A stretch of DNA of 64,000 bases from Phenylobacterium sp. (GTDB taxonomy: Bacteria; Pseudomonadota; Alphaproteobacteria; Caulobacterales; Caulobacteraceae), in contig NZ_DASZBG010000012.1 of NCBI RefSeq assembly GCF_035944335.1, forward strand, positions 8,612-72,611, given 5' to 3'. A program made the translations under genes and the position numbers. Each line of letters opens with the position of its first letter. The stretch's first letter is position 1. The notes beneath the pieces are model-generated. The model did not search any database and was not told the origin of the DNA. It saw only the letters and a list, made by a program, of their open reading frames with translations. Below are positions 1-11,020 of this stretch, one piece after another.

Positions 1-413
1 GCCGGAACGTCGTGGGGCAGGCGATCGGTCTCCCGCGCGTAGCGCGTCTGCGAGCGCATCTCGTTGGGTGGGGCGTCCGGCCCAAGGCGCGCGCGATAGA
101 CCGAGGCCCACCAGCCCGGGCGGTACTTGAGATAGACCGGGCAGTTGCAGCAGGTGGCGATGAACCGGGTGGTCGGCGCGCCGTCGCGAAGCTTGACGCC
201 CGTCAGGCGGTCCGCGCCCTGCGCCACCACCAGGCGATCGTCGCGGACGGTGACATAGGGGGTCCCACCCCAGGCGTCGTGGAACTCGCCCGATGCGCCG
301 TCCGCCTCAAGCTTGCCCGCGGCGGCCTGGCAATCGTCGCAATAGCAGACGCCGCAGAGGATCGGCGGCCCGGCGAGCTCCAGACGAACCTGGCCGCAGG
401 TGCAGGCCGCCAT
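1..413 (-). CDS. GFA-family (glutathione-dependent formaldehyde-activating / CENP-V-like) Cys-rich protein; C-terminus runs off the left edge
   Basis: My own translation of the minus strand from ATG at 413 gives MAACTCGQVRLELAGPPILCGVCYCDDCQAAAGKLE...TRFIATCCNCPVYLKYRPGWW. The CxC / CYCxxC / CCxC cysteine pattern is typical of the GFA domain. It is absent from the ORF track because there is no stop in the window. Confidence 0.6.
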   Translation of the reverse strand, partial: MAACTCGQVRLELAGPPILCGVCYCDDCQAAAGKLEADGASGEFHDAWGGTPYVTVRDDRLVVAQGADRLTGVKLRDGAPTTRFIATCCNCPVYLKYRPGWWASVYRARLGPDAPPNEMRSQTRYARETDRLPHDVP

Positions 414-520
414 CCATCGTTGCGTCGTGCTCGACAGGACAGCCTCCGATCCCCGCTCGCCCTCGCATAACAGCCTTCGCCGGCTGCGCGGGGCGATTAA
501 ATCGCACGGACCCTGTGCGC

Positions 521-2710
521 TCAGGTCTTCACGAACGGCAGGCTGGTGGTCGCGGGCTGCCCCATGGCCAGCAAGGCGTTGGCGACGGCGGGCGCGATCA
601 CCGGCGTGCCCGGTTCGCCCACCCCGCTGGGCGGATTGGCCGACGCGACGAAATAGGTCTCCACCGTCGGCGCCTCGGAATTGCGCAGCACGCGATAGCC
701 GTCGAAGTTGGCCTGCTGCACCTCGCCGTCCTTGAGCTCGATCTTGCCGTAGAGCGCCGCCGAGAGGCCGAGGCAGGTGCCGCCCTCCATCTGCGCCTTC
801 ACCTGGTCCGGCGCGATGACCGTGCCGCAGTCGATGGCGGTGACCACGCGGCCCACCTTGGGCACGCCGTTCTCCAGCTTGACCTCGGCCACCTGGGCCA
901 CGACTGAGCCGAAGCTCTCATGCACTGCGACGCCGCGGGTCCAGCCGGCGGGCGCCGGACTGCCCCAACCCGCCTTCTCCGCGGCCAGGTTCAACACCGC
1001 CAGGTGCCGGTTGGCGCCGGCCTTGGCGTAGAGCGCACGGCGGTACTCCACCGGGTCCTTGCCGGCCTTCTTCGCCAGCTGGTCGATGGTGTGCTCCATG
1101 ACGAAGGCGGTGTGGGTCGCCCCCACCGAGCGCCACCACAGCACCGGTACGCCGACCTCGGCATTGATCACCTGCCCGTCGACCACCGGCGTCGCCTTGA
1201 GGTAGGGCGATCCCTTGGCGCCCTCGACGGAGGTGTCGTCGATCTTCGGCGTGCCCATGGGCGAGCCCTTCATGATGGACTGGCTGACGATGCGGTGGCG
1301 CCAGGCGGCGGGCATCCCGTCGGCGTCGGTGGTGATCCGCACCGCATGGTGCACCATCGGCCGGTAGTAGCCGGCGCGCATGTCGTCCTCGCGGGTCCAG
1401 ACCAGCTTCACCGGGCGACCGCCGCCGACGTGCTTGGCGATGTGAACGGCCTCGGCCACGTAGTCGGACTGGAAGTTGGTCCGCCGCCCGAACGAGCCGC
1501 CGGCGTAGAGGGTCTCGACCTCGATATTGCCCGGCAGGTTGCCGACGACCTTGGCGGCGTTGAGCTGATCGAGCGTCGGCGACTGCGAGCCGTGTATCAG
1601 CTTGCAGCTCTGACCCTTGACGATGGCCACGCAGTTCAGCGGCTCCATGGCCGCATGCGCGAGATAAGGGAAGTCGTAGGTGGTCTCGATGGCGGCCGTT
1701 CCCCCGGACGCCTGAGCCCCGCCTCTGGCGTCGAAGGCCTGCCAGGCGGCCTTGTCCTGCGGCTGGATCTTGCCGGCGGCGAGGTCGGCGTAGCTCTTGC
1801 GGATCTGGTCGGTCGAGCGTTTCTCGGCCTTGGCGAAGTCCCACTTCACCTTCAACGCATCGCGGCCCTGGCGGGCGGCCCAGGTGTTGTTCGCCACCAC
1901 GGCCACGCCGTTCGGAACCTGGAACACATCGACCACGCCGGCGACCTTGCGCGCGGCCGCGTCGTCCACCGAGGCCACGGTCGCGCCGAACTTCGGCGGG
2001 TGGGCGACCATCGCGGTCAGCATATTCGGCAGGTGGACGTCCTGGGTGTAGGGCGCCGTGCCCGTGCTCTTCAGAACGCTGTCCTTGCGCCGGACCTTGT
2101 CCGTGCCGATCAGGGTGAAGCTCTTGGGGTCCTTCAACACAGGCGTCTGCGGCGGTTTCACCTTGGCCGCGTCGGCCACCAGGTCGCCGAAGCGCGCCTG
2201 CTTGCCACTGCCGGCGTGGGTGACGACGCCATTGGCGACGGTGATCTGGCCGGCCGGGGCGTTCCACCGGGTCGCCGCGGCCTGTACGAACATGGCCCGC
2301 GTCGCCGCGCCGGCCGTGCGCAGCTGGGCCCAGGAGTTGGCGATGGCGGAGGAGCCGCCGGTCCCCTGCACGCCCATCAGCGAGTTGGAATAGACCTTGG
2401 CGTTGGCCGGCGCGAACTCGACCTTCACCTTGTCCCAGTCGGCGTCCAGTTCCTCGGCGACGATCGCCGCCAGGCCCGCGTGGTTGCCCTGGCCGAACTC
2501 GATGTGCTTCGACACCACGGTGACGATCCCATCGGGCGCGACCTTCACGAACGGCCCGAAGGCGCCGAAATCGTGCGGCGCGCCCAGCGCGAGGATATCG
2601 GCCGGCGAGCAGCCGACCACCAGGGCGCCGCCGGTCAGCGTTGCGCCGATCACCAGGGCCTCGCGGCGGGTGGCGCCGGTGGAGGCGAGGCGGTTCAGAG
2701 GCTTGTTCAT
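521..2710 (-). CDS. Molybdopterin-binding large (beta) subunit of an IorB/aldehyde-oxidase-type oxidoreductase, TAT-type signal
   Basis: This is the last 730 aa of the 914-aa track ORF. The start is set at MNKPLNRLASTGATRREALVIGATLTGGALVVGC (twin-Arg signal). It lies 14 nt downstream of the FeS subunit gene, and the body looks like xanthine-dehydrogenase-family Moco subunits. Confidence 0.85.
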   Translation of the reverse strand: MNKPLNRLASTGATRREALVIGATLTGGALVVGCSPADILALGAPHDFGAFGPFVKVAPDGIVTVVSKHIEFGQGNHAGLAAIVAEELDADWDKVKVEFAPANAKVYSNSLMGVQGTGGSSAIANSWAQLRTAGAATRAMFVQAAATRWNAPAGQITVANGVVTHAGSGKQARFGDLVADAAKVKPPQTPVLKDPKSFTLIGTDKVRRKDSVLKSTGTAPYTQDVHLPNMLTAMVAHPPKFGATVASVDDAAARKVAGVVDVFQVPNGVAVVANNTWAARQGRDALKVKWDFAKAEKRSTDQIRKSYADLAAGKIQPQDKAAWQAFDARGGAQASGGTAAIETTYDFPYLAHAAMEPLNCVAIVKGQSCKLIHGSQSPTLDQLNAAKVVGNLPGNIEVETLYAGGSFGRRTNFQSDYVAEAVHIAKHVGGGRPVKLVWTREDDMRAGYYRPMVHHAVRITTDADGMPAAWRHRIVSQSIMKGSPMGTPKIDDTSVEGAKGSPYLKATPVVDGQVINAEVGVPVLWWRSVGATHTAFVMEHTIDQLAKKAGKDPVEYRRALYAKAGANRHLAVLNLAAEKAGWGSPAPAGWTRGVAVHESFGSVVAQVAEVKLENGVPKVGRVVTAIDCGTVIAPDQVKAQMEGGTCLGLSAALYGKIELKDGEVQQANFDGYRVLRNSEAPTVETYFVASANPPSGVGEPGTPVIAPAVANALLAMGQPATTSLPFVKT

Positions 2711-2724
2711 GATCCCATCCCCTC

Positions 2725-3234
2725 TCAGTTCGTCGCCGCGGCGGCCGGCGCCGGCGGGACGTCGAGCGGCGGCGCGTTTGCGGCCACCTGCGGCAGGCCG
2801 GCGGCGTCCTTGATGGCCGCGCGGATGCGCTGGTAGGTGCCGCAGCGGCAGATGTTGCCGTCCATGGCCCCGCTGATCTCGTCGTCGGACGGCTTCGGCT
2901 TGGTGGCCAGCAGGGCGACGGCGCTCATGATCTGGCCGGACTGGCAGTAGCCGCACTGCGGCACGTCGTGCTTGACCCAGGCGACCTGCACCGGGTGCGT
3001 CCCGCCCAGTCCCTCGATGGTGGTGATCTTGGCGGTCCCGAGCACCGAGATCGGGGTCGAGCAGGCGCGAATCGGCTGGCCGTCGGCGAGCACGGTGCAG
3101 GCCCCGCACTGGCCGACCCCGCAGCCATACTTCGAGCCGGTCATGCCGAGCTCGTCGCGCAGCACCCAGAGCAGGGGGGTGTCCGGCGCGGCCGCGACGC
3201 TCACCGGCTTTCCATTGATCTGCAGCGTCGCCAT
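2725..3234 (-). CDS. (2Fe-2S)-binding small subunit of the Mo oxidoreductase
   Basis: [11 protein letters not shown] and CGYCQSG...CRCGTY cluster motifs are present. The start is moved to MATLQINGK, with SD GAAGGGG 5-6 nt upstream. Confidence 0.85.
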   Translation of the reverse strand: MATLQINGKPVSVAAAPDTPLLWVLRDELGMTGSKYGCGVGQCGACTVLADGQPIRACSTPISVLGTAKITTIEGLGGTHPVQVAWVKHDVPQCGYCQSGQIMSAVALLATKPKPSDDEISGAMDGNICRCGTYQRIRAAIKDAAGLPQVAANAPPLDVPPAPAAAATN

Positions 3235-3364
3235 GCGAACCCCTTCCGAACCAGCCATCGATCATCCTAACGCCGTTCAGACTCGAGCGTAAATGCCGCC
3301 ACGGTTGCCGCCACGCCGCCGAAGCCGCTAGTTACGCAGCGACGCAGCGATCCCGGGAGACACC

Positions 3365-3712
3365 ATGCTTGGCTACGCCCTCGCCGCCGCGGCCTTCAGC
3401 CTCGCCGCCGGCCCGGCGCTCGCCCAGGACGGCGGGGCGCTCTTCAACATGCGGTGCAAGATGTGCCACCAGGCCGCTTCGACACCGCTCGGCCCGGCGC
3501 TCACCGGCGTGGCCGGCGCGAAGATCGCCGCGCGGCCCGACTTCACCTATTCGCCGGCGCTGAAAGCCAAGGAGGGCGCCTGGACGGACGCCAACCTGGA
3601 CGCCTTCCTGAAGGCTCCGATGGCGTTTGCGCCGGGCGCCCGGATGCAGGCGCCCGTGCCGGCCGACGACGCGCGGGCGGCGATCGTCGCCTACCTGCAT
3701 ACGCTGAAATAA
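3365..3712 (+). CDS. Periplasmic c-type cytochrome (class I, c2-like)
   Basis: Signal peptide MLGYALAAAAFSLAAGPALA and a single CKMCH haem motif, 115 aa. It is divergent from the Mo/FeS oxidoreductase genes and is a likely electron acceptor. Confidence 0.85.
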   Translation: MLGYALAAAAFSLAAGPALAQDGGALFNMRCKMCHQAASTPLGPALTGVAGAKIAARPDFTYSPALKAKEGAWTDANLDAFLKAPMAFAPGARMQAPVPADDARAAIVAYLHTLK

Positions 3713-3722
3713 CCCGGAGCCC

Positions 3723-4601
3723 ATGGACGCCTTCCCCGCCTTCTTCCCACTCGCCGGCCGCACCATCGTGGTGGCGGGCGAGGGACCGGCGGCGGAGGCG
3801 AAGCTCAGGCTGTTCGACGGCTCCCCCGCCCGGGTGATCCGCCTGGCGGGCCAGGCGGCGCTCTCGCCCAAGGCCTATGTCGGCGCGGCCCTGGCGTTCG
3901 TCGCCTCGGACGACGACGACTTCGCGAACCGCGCGGCCCAGGCGGCCAAGGCCGCCCATGTGCCAGTCAATGTGGTCGACCGGCCGGCGCTCTGCGATTT
4001 CATCACGCCGGCGGTGATCGACCGGGGCGAGGTGGTGGCGGCGGTCGGCACCGGCGGCGCCTCGCCGATGCTGGCCGCCCTGCTCAGGCAAGACATCGAG
4101 GCCCGCGTGCCCGAAGGCGCGGGCCGGGTGGCGGCCCTGTTCCGCAGCCTGCAGGACGAGGTCCGCAAGGCCCTGCCCGAGCCGCATGTGCGCCGGGCCT
4201 TCTTGCGCGCCGCCCTGACCGGCCCCGCCGCCCAGGCCGCCTTGGCCGGCGACATGGAGGAGGCCAAGACCCAGCTGCGCGAGGCCTTGGCAAACGGCCT
4301 CGCTCCGCAAGGGATGGTGAGCTTCGTGCTGGGCTCGGGACCGGCGGAGCGCCTGACGCTCGCCGCCTGCCGGGCGTTGGCCGCCGCCGATGTGCTGGCG
4401 GCCGACACGGGCGCGGATGCGCAGGTGTTGGCCCTGGCGCGGCGCGACGCCGAGCGGCTGGCCCCAGACCAGGCGACCCCGGAGCAGCTGTCAAACCTGA
4501 CGCTTCGCGGCCTGCACGTGGTGCGCGTCACCGCCGGCCCGCCGGCGCCGGCGGAACTGCGCGGGCTTGCCGAACTCGGCGTGGAGGTGGTCGCGATCTA
4601 G
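3723..4601 (+). CDS. Siroheme-synthase-like protein: precorrin-2 dehydrogenase/ferrochelatase module with a short degenerate methyltransferase-like tail
   Basis: The N-terminus FPLAGRTIVVAGEGPAAEAKLRL is a Rossmann motif of CysG-N/SirC type, followed by VNVVDRPALCDFITPAVIDRG. The C-terminal ~90 aa (VSFVLGSGPAERLTLAACRALAAADVL) resembles only the first part of a SUMT domain. Confidence 0.7.
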   Translation: MDAFPAFFPLAGRTIVVAGEGPAAEAKLRLFDGSPARVIRLAGQAALSPKAYVGAALAFVASDDDDFANRAAQAAKAAHVPVNVVDRPALCDFITPAVIDRGEVVAAVGTGGASPMLAALLRQDIEARVPEGAGRVAALFRSLQDEVRKALPEPHVRRAFLRAALTGPAAQAALAGDMEEAKTQLREALANGLAPQGMVSFVLGSGPAERLTLAACRALAAADVLAADTGADAQVLALARRDAERLAPDQATPEQLSNLTLRGLHVVRVTAGPPAPAELRGLAELGVEVVAI

Positions 4602-6274
4602 CGGTCCAGCGGCCGGCCCCTGGTCTCCGGCAGCAGCAGGAGGCAGGTCACCACCGAGAGCGCCGTGAAGGCGAACGGGTACCAGAGCCCCGAATAGATG
4701 TTGCCCACCGCCGCCACGATGGCGAAGGCCGTGAACGGCACGAAGCCGCCGATCCAGCCCGTGCCGATGTTGTAGGGCAGCGACATGGCCGTGTAGCGGA
4801 TGCGGGTCGGGAACAGCTCCACCAGGCACGCCGCGATCGGGCCGTAGAGCGCCGTGGCGGCGATCACGAAGACCATCAGCACCCCGAACGCGCCGGCCAG
4901 GTTCATCCGCGCGGGGTCCGCCTTGGCCGGATAGCCGCCATGCGCCAGGGCCTGTTTGATCTTGCCCTCGACGGTGATCTTCACCGCCTTGGCCACGTCC
5001 TTCGGCAGCCCACGGGCGTCCGCCGAGGGGATGGTGATCAGGCCCACCCGCACCTGGGCCGGGAAGCCGGCCGGGGCGGCGACGTTCTCGTAGCTGACGC
5101 CGGCGTTGGCCAGCGCGCTCTTGGCGATGTCGCAGGAGGAGGTGAAGCTCGCCTTGCCGATGGGATCGAACTGCAGCGAACAGTCGGCCGGATCGGCGAC
5201 CACGCTCACCGGCGTCGCGGCCTGCGCCTCGGCGAGCGCCGGGTTGAGGGTTCGCGCCAGGCCGTGGAAGCCCGGGAAATAGGCGACCAGCATCAGGGTC
5301 ATGCCGAACAGCATCACCGGCTTGCGGCCGATCTTGTCGGAGAGCCAGCCGAACAGCACATAGCCGATGGCGCTGACCGCGGCGGCGGCCATCATCAGGG
5401 TGTTGATGGTGGCCGGCTCGACCTTCAGGAACTTCTCCATGAAGGTCTGGACGTAGAAGAAGGCGGTGTACCAGACGGCGCCCTGGGCGCTCATGATCGC
5501 CACCAGCGACAGGATCACGATCTTCAGGTTGGGCCACTGGCCGAAACTCTCGGCGAACGGTCGCTGCGAGCCTTCGCCGCGCGCCTTCATCCGCGCGAAT
5601 TCCGGGCTCTCCGAGAGCTTCAGGCGCATGTAGATGGAGATGGCGAGCAGCCCCGCGGACACCAGGAACGGGATGCGCCACCCCCAGGCGTCGAACGCCG
5701 CGGGCCCGAACAGCCTGCCCAGCACGAGGCGGCTGACGAGGATCACCAGCAGGGCCGCGAAAAGGCCGAAGGCCGCCGAGGTCTGCACCCAGCCGGTGGA
5801 CCGCCCGCGGGCGCCTGTGGCCGCGTGCTCCGCCACATAGATCGCCGCCCCGCCATACTCGCCGCCCAAGGCGAAGCCCTGGACGATGCGCATCAGCACC
5901 AGCAGCGCCGGAGACAGGATGCCGACGCTGGCATAGGACGGCAGCACGCCGATCAGGAAGGTCGCGCCGCCCATCAGGGTCACCGTGACCAGGAAGGCTC
6001 CCTTGCGCCCGAGCCGGTCGCCGACCCGGCCGAACACCAGCGCCCCGATCGGGCGGAACAGGAAGCCGGCGCCGAACAGCGCCAGCGCCGCGACATAGCC
6101 GGCGGTCTCCGGCAGGCCCGAGAAGAAGGTCTTGGAGATGACCTGGGTCAGGCTGCCGAAGACGAAGAAATCGTACCATTCGAAGGTGGTGCCGGCGGCC
6201 GAGGCCGCGACGACGGTCTTCAGCGATGTGGCCTTCACGGGCGTCGCAATGCCCTCCACCGCCAACTCCGCCAT
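4598..6274 (-). CDS. MFS transporter, metabolite:H+ symporter (MHS) type, with a ~110-aa extra loop domain
   Basis: TTFEWYDFFVFG and GRVGDRLGRKG motifs with a multi-TM profile. The start is taken at ATG 6274 (MAELAVEG), with SD GGGAGGG 7 nt upstream, rather than the track TTG at 6280. Confidence 0.85.
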   Translation of the reverse strand: MAELAVEGIATPVKATSLKTVVAASAAGTTFEWYDFFVFGSLTQVISKTFFSGLPETAGYVAALALFGAGFLFRPIGALVFGRVGDRLGRKGAFLVTVTLMGGATFLIGVLPSYASVGILSPALLVLMRIVQGFALGGEYGGAAIYVAEHAATGARGRSTGWVQTSAAFGLFAALLVILVSRLVLGRLFGPAAFDAWGWRIPFLVSAGLLAISIYMRLKLSESPEFARMKARGEGSQRPFAESFGQWPNLKIVILSLVAIMSAQGAVWYTAFFYVQTFMEKFLKVEPATINTLMMAAAAVSAIGYVLFGWLSDKIGRKPVMLFGMTLMLVAYFPGFHGLARTLNPALAEAQAATPVSVVADPADCSLQFDPIGKASFTSSCDIAKSALANAGVSYENVAAPAGFPAQVRVGLITIPSADARGLPKDVAKAVKITVEGKIKQALAHGGYPAKADPARMNLAGAFGVLMVFVIAATALYGPIAACLVELFPTRIRYTAMSLPYNIGTGWIGGFVPFTAFAIVAAVGNIYSGLWYPFAFTALSVVTCLLLLPETRGRPLDR

Positions 6275-6342
6275 GCGCAAACCCTCCCGAACGCTTCGGG
6301 AGAAGCTCTAACACTGGCTCGCAAGCGGTTGGAAGACTGCCG

Positions 6343-8697
6343 TCAGGCGACGGCGCTGTCGTCCTTGTCGTCGGTCGCAGCCGCCCGGCTCAGGCGGGCG
6401 ATTTCGGCGATCAGGGCGCCGGGCGAGATCGGCTTGCCGACCACGCCGTCCATGCCGGCGTCGAGGTAGCGCCGCTGCTGGTGGGCCAGCACGTTGGCGG
6501 TCAGGGCGACGATGGGGGTCGCAGCCGCGTCGCCACCGAGATTGCGGATCCGCCGCGCGGCCTCCAGGCCGTCGATCCCCGGCATCTGCACGTCCATCAA
6601 GATCACGTCGAAGACGCCGCGCTCGGCGGCCTCCACGCCCAGATAGCCGTCCGCCGCGGTCTCCACCGCCGCGCCGAAGCTTTCCAGCAGCTTGGTGGCG
6701 ATCATCCGGTTGGTGCTGTTGTCCTCGACCACCAGGATCTTCAGGCCGTCGAGCACCGGCGACAGGTCGTCGGGCTGGATGGTCTGGGCCGCGGCCGGCT
6801 CGGCGGCGATCTCCAGCCAGAAGACCGAGCCTCGGCCCTCCAAGGAGGTGAAGCCCACGTCGCCCGACATCATCTCGGCCAGCCGCTTGGTGATCGCCAG
6901 GCCCAGGCCCGAGCCTCCGAAGCGGCGGGTGGTCGAGGCGTCGCCCTGGTCGAAGCGCTGGAAGATGCGGTCCTGGGCCGCCGCCGGGATCCCGACCCCG
7001 GTGTCCTCCACCTCGAAGCGCAGGGTGGCGCGGGTCGGCGTGTAGCAGGTGATCGTCACGGAGCCGCGCTCGGTGAACTTCACCGCATTGCCCACCAGGT
7101 TGAACAGCGCCTGGCGCAGCCGCACGGGGTCGGCGCGCACCCAGCCCACCTGCGGGTCGACGTTGATGGCGAGCTGGAGGCCCTTGGCGTCGGCTTGCGG
7201 GCGCAGCAGCCGGGCGACGCCCTCGACCACGGCGGCCACGTCCACCGGCTCGCACGCGAGCTCAAGCCGGCCCGCCTCGATCTTGGAGAAGTCGATGACG
7301 TCGTTGAGCAGTTCGGCCAGCATCCGGCCGCAGGACAGCGCCTCCTCAAGCATCCGCCGGCCATCCTCGGTCAGCTGCTCGGACTTCAGGAGGTGCAACA
7401 CGCCCATGACGCCGTTCATCGGCGTGCGGATCTCGTGGCTCATATTGGCCAGGAAGGTCGCCTTGGCCTCGGCGCCGGCTTCGGCCGCCTGCTGGGCCTC
7501 GATCAGCGCCAGCTCCTGGCGCTTGCGGTCGTCGAAGTCCTGCACCAGGCCCACGGCCTTCAGCCAGCGGCCGTTGCGGCCTACCTTCAGGTGATGGGAG
7601 ACGCGGATCCAGCGGGTCTCGCCGTCCGGGCGGACGATGCGCGCCTCGAAGGCCTCGCCGGACTGTTTCGAGCCGGAGTGCAGCGCCCGGAAGGAGCCGC
7701 GAACATGCTCCAGGTCGTCGGGATGGAAGCCGGGGAAGCGCAGGTGCGTGGCTTCCTCGTAGGTGGCGTTCTTCTGGCCGGTCAGCCGCTCGAACTCCGG
7801 GGAGGCCCAGAAGGTCTTGGCCACGTGATCGATCTCATAGACCCCGGCCTCGGCGGCCTCGAGGGCGAGCTTCAGGCGGGTGGCGCTGGCCTGGGCCTCG
7901 CGCTGGGCGCGGCGCATCTGCTGTTCGCCGCGGCGGGCCGCGTCGCGAGCGCCGGCCAGTTCGGTGATGTCCTCGGACATGCCCTTCAGGACGAAGCGCC
8001 CGTCGCCGGTCGGCTCCGTCTGGATGGTGACGCGCACGGTGATCCAGCCGCCGTGCGCGCGGATGCGGTGCTCGAATTGTGCCGGCGCCCCGGTGCGCAC
8101 GGCGCGTGCGAGGAAGCCTTGCGTGCGCTTGCGGTCGCGCCAGTGGACCAGCTTGGAGAAGGCGTCGGGGGCGTCGACCTGCGTCGGATCGATGCCGAGC
8201 ATGGCCACGAGCTCATCGGACCACCAGATGCGGTTGGTGGTCGGATCGTAGCTCCAGATGCCGACGCCGGCCGAAGCCCCCAGCATCTTGCGGGTGCGGC
8301 GCGCGTCCTCGAGCTCCTCGCTCCGCGCCCGCTCGGCCGTGGCGTCGCGCATGCTGACGACGTGGTAGCCGTCGTCGCTCATCTGCCGGCGCGCCGCGAC
8401 CCATAGATAGTCGCCGCTCTTCAGCCTGAAGCGAACCTCGGACTCGACGATCCGCCCCGGGCCGTTGGCCGCCATGCGGGCGCGCATGCTCGCCAGGTCG
8501 TCCGGATGATGGAAATCCAGGGCGTACTGTCCGAGGATTTCAGCCTCGCTCCAGCCGGTGATGCGTTCCCAGGCGGGATTGACCAGCCGCACCTTCAGGT
8601 CAGCGTCGACAAGAAACATCATGTCGCCGCTGTTCTCGAACAGCAGCCGGATCAGATCGGCCTTGTCGGGACCGCGCGAAGGGCGCTTGCCGGCCAT
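6343..8697 (-). CDS. Cytoplasmic hybrid sensor histidine kinase (multiple PAS - HisKA - HATPase - REC)
   Basis: H-box MSHEIRTPMNGV, N/G boxes NLVGNAVKFT and GGSGLGLAI, and a C-terminal receiver (ILVVEDN...ILMDVQMPGIDG...GKPI). Three PAS-like repeats are present, and there is no TM segment. Confidence 0.9.
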   Translation of the reverse strand: MAGKRPSRGPDKADLIRLLFENSGDMMFLVDADLKVRLVNPAWERITGWSEAEILGQYALDFHHPDDLASMRARMAANGPGRIVESEVRFRLKSGDYLWVAARRQMSDDGYHVVSMRDATAERARSEELEDARRTRKMLGASAGVGIWSYDPTTNRIWWSDELVAMLGIDPTQVDAPDAFSKLVHWRDRKRTQGFLARAVRTGAPAQFEHRIRAHGGWITVRVTIQTEPTGDGRFVLKGMSEDITELAGARDAARRGEQQMRRAQREAQASATRLKLALEAAEAGVYEIDHVAKTFWASPEFERLTGQKNATYEEATHLRFPGFHPDDLEHVRGSFRALHSGSKQSGEAFEARIVRPDGETRWIRVSHHLKVGRNGRWLKAVGLVQDFDDRKRQELALIEAQQAAEAGAEAKATFLANMSHEIRTPMNGVMGVLHLLKSEQLTEDGRRMLEEALSCGRMLAELLNDVIDFSKIEAGRLELACEPVDVAAVVEGVARLLRPQADAKGLQLAINVDPQVGWVRADPVRLRQALFNLVGNAVKFTERGSVTITCYTPTRATLRFEVEDTGVGIPAAAQDRIFQRFDQGDASTTRRFGGSGLGLAITKRLAEMMSGDVGFTSLEGRGSVFWLEIAAEPAAAQTIQPDDLSPVLDGLKILVVEDNSTNRMIATKLLESFGAAVETAADGYLGVEAAERGVFDVILMDVQMPGIDGLEAARRIRNLGGDAAATPIVALTANVLAHQQRRYLDAGMDGVVGKPISPGALIAEIARLSRAAATDDKDDSAVA

Positions 8698-8789
8698 AGA
8701 GGGATCCTAGAGTCCAGCCGAACCCCATACGCCCGCGAGGTAAACACAAGGTTTGGGCGAGCTGCGGCCCTCCTCGCCTCGGCCCGCCC

Positions 8790-9980
<1,191 letters not shown>

Positions 9981-10022
9981 CGGGAAATCTCCTAAATCAA
10001 TGCGGCGCCTTATGACCGGAAA

Positions 10023-10847
10023 TCAGGAGCCCGTGTAGACGCCTTTGCGCTTCTCGCGGAACGCCGCCATGGATTCCTTGACGTCGTTGGGCGACTTGCG
10101 GGCGAGGCCCAGGCCCACCGTCTCGTAGCGCAGCGCCGCCTCCAGCTCGGCGTCGGTGTTGTGCTGCAGCACCCGCTTGGACATGCGCAGGGCCACGGGC
10201 GGCCACTGGGTCATCAGGTCGGCGTAGGCGACGGCGTCGTCGACCAGGCTCTCGGCCGGGACGATGCGGTTCAAGAGGCCGATGCGCAGGGACTCCTCCG
10301 CCTCGAGGGTGCGGCTGGTGAAGATGATGTCGGCCGCCGCCGCATAGCCCACGACGCGCGGCAGGAAGTAGGAGAGGCCTGAGTCCGGCGACAGGCTGCG
10401 CTCGATGAACACGCTCTTGAAGCGGGCCGCGGGCGATCCCAGGCGCACGTCGCAGGCGAGCGCCGTCGACATGCCGGCTCCGGCCGCCACGCCGTTGATC
10501 GCGCCGACGATGGGCTTGTCGAAGCCTTGCCACATCAGCGCCCAGCGCCCGACCCAGCCCATCTCATCGAGGCGGCCGCCCTGGGACGCCGGCTCCTCAA
10601 CGCGGCCGGTGGCCACCGGGCCGGTTCCCAGGAGGTCCGCGCCGGCGCAGAAGCCGCGGCCCGCGCCGGTCAGCACCAGGGCGCGCGCCTCGTCATCGGC
10701 CTTCACCGCGGCGACAGCGGCCTGCACCTCTTCGCGCAGGCTCACCGAGATGGCGTTCAGCCGGTCGGGCCGGTTCAGCGTCAGCACCGCCACATGGCCG
10801 CGCCGCTCCAGGCTGAGGGTCTCGTAGTCGCCCGCTTCGTAGGCCAT
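10023..10847 (-). CDS. Enoyl-CoA hydratase/isomerase (crotonase) family protein
   Basis: LNRPDRLNA and GAGRGFCAGADL oxyanion-hole motifs. The start is set at MAYEAGDYE (ATG 10847), with SD GGAGGA upstream. Confidence 0.85.
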   Translation of the reverse strand: MAYEAGDYETLSLERRGHVAVLTLNRPDRLNAISVSLREEVQAAVAAVKADDEARALVLTGAGRGFCAGADLLGTGPVATGRVEEPASQGGRLDEMGWVGRWALMWQGFDKPIVGAINGVAAGAGMSTALACDVRLGSPAARFKSVFIERSLSPDSGLSYFLPRVVGYAAAADIIFTSRTLEAEESLRIGLLNRIVPAESLVDDAVAYADLMTQWPPVALRMSKRVLQHNTDAELEAALRYETVGLGLARKSPNDVKESMAAFREKRKGVYTGS

Positions 10848-11020
10848 GGCCGGTCCTCCGCGCTCTCTATCGTTGGCCAAAGCATCGCGCCGAAGGAGCG
10901 CGAGGGAAAGCGATCTTGCCCGGCCGGCGGACGGAATCGCGGCGTCTCGCGAGCCGTGAGCGCAACCCGGCGGCCGCTACGGTGTTCCTGTGGGGATCCG
11001 TTCTCGCAAGGAACAGCCGA

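Noticed and set aside
521-3265. 914-aa ORF suggesting a single giant oxidoreductase
   Set aside because: The first ~185 aa are an out-of-frame read-through across the separate FeS-subunit gene (2725-3234, a different frame). The real large subunit starts at the twin-Arg signal MNKPLNRLASTGATRRE (2710).
10964-10988. Near-match EcfG motif on the minus strand (GGAAC-N16-GGTT) upstream of the crotonase gene, within a TGTTCC...GGAACA inverted repeat
   Set aside because: The -10 is imperfect (GGTT rather than CGTT) and the predicted leader would be more than 100 nt. This is not strong enough to call without data.
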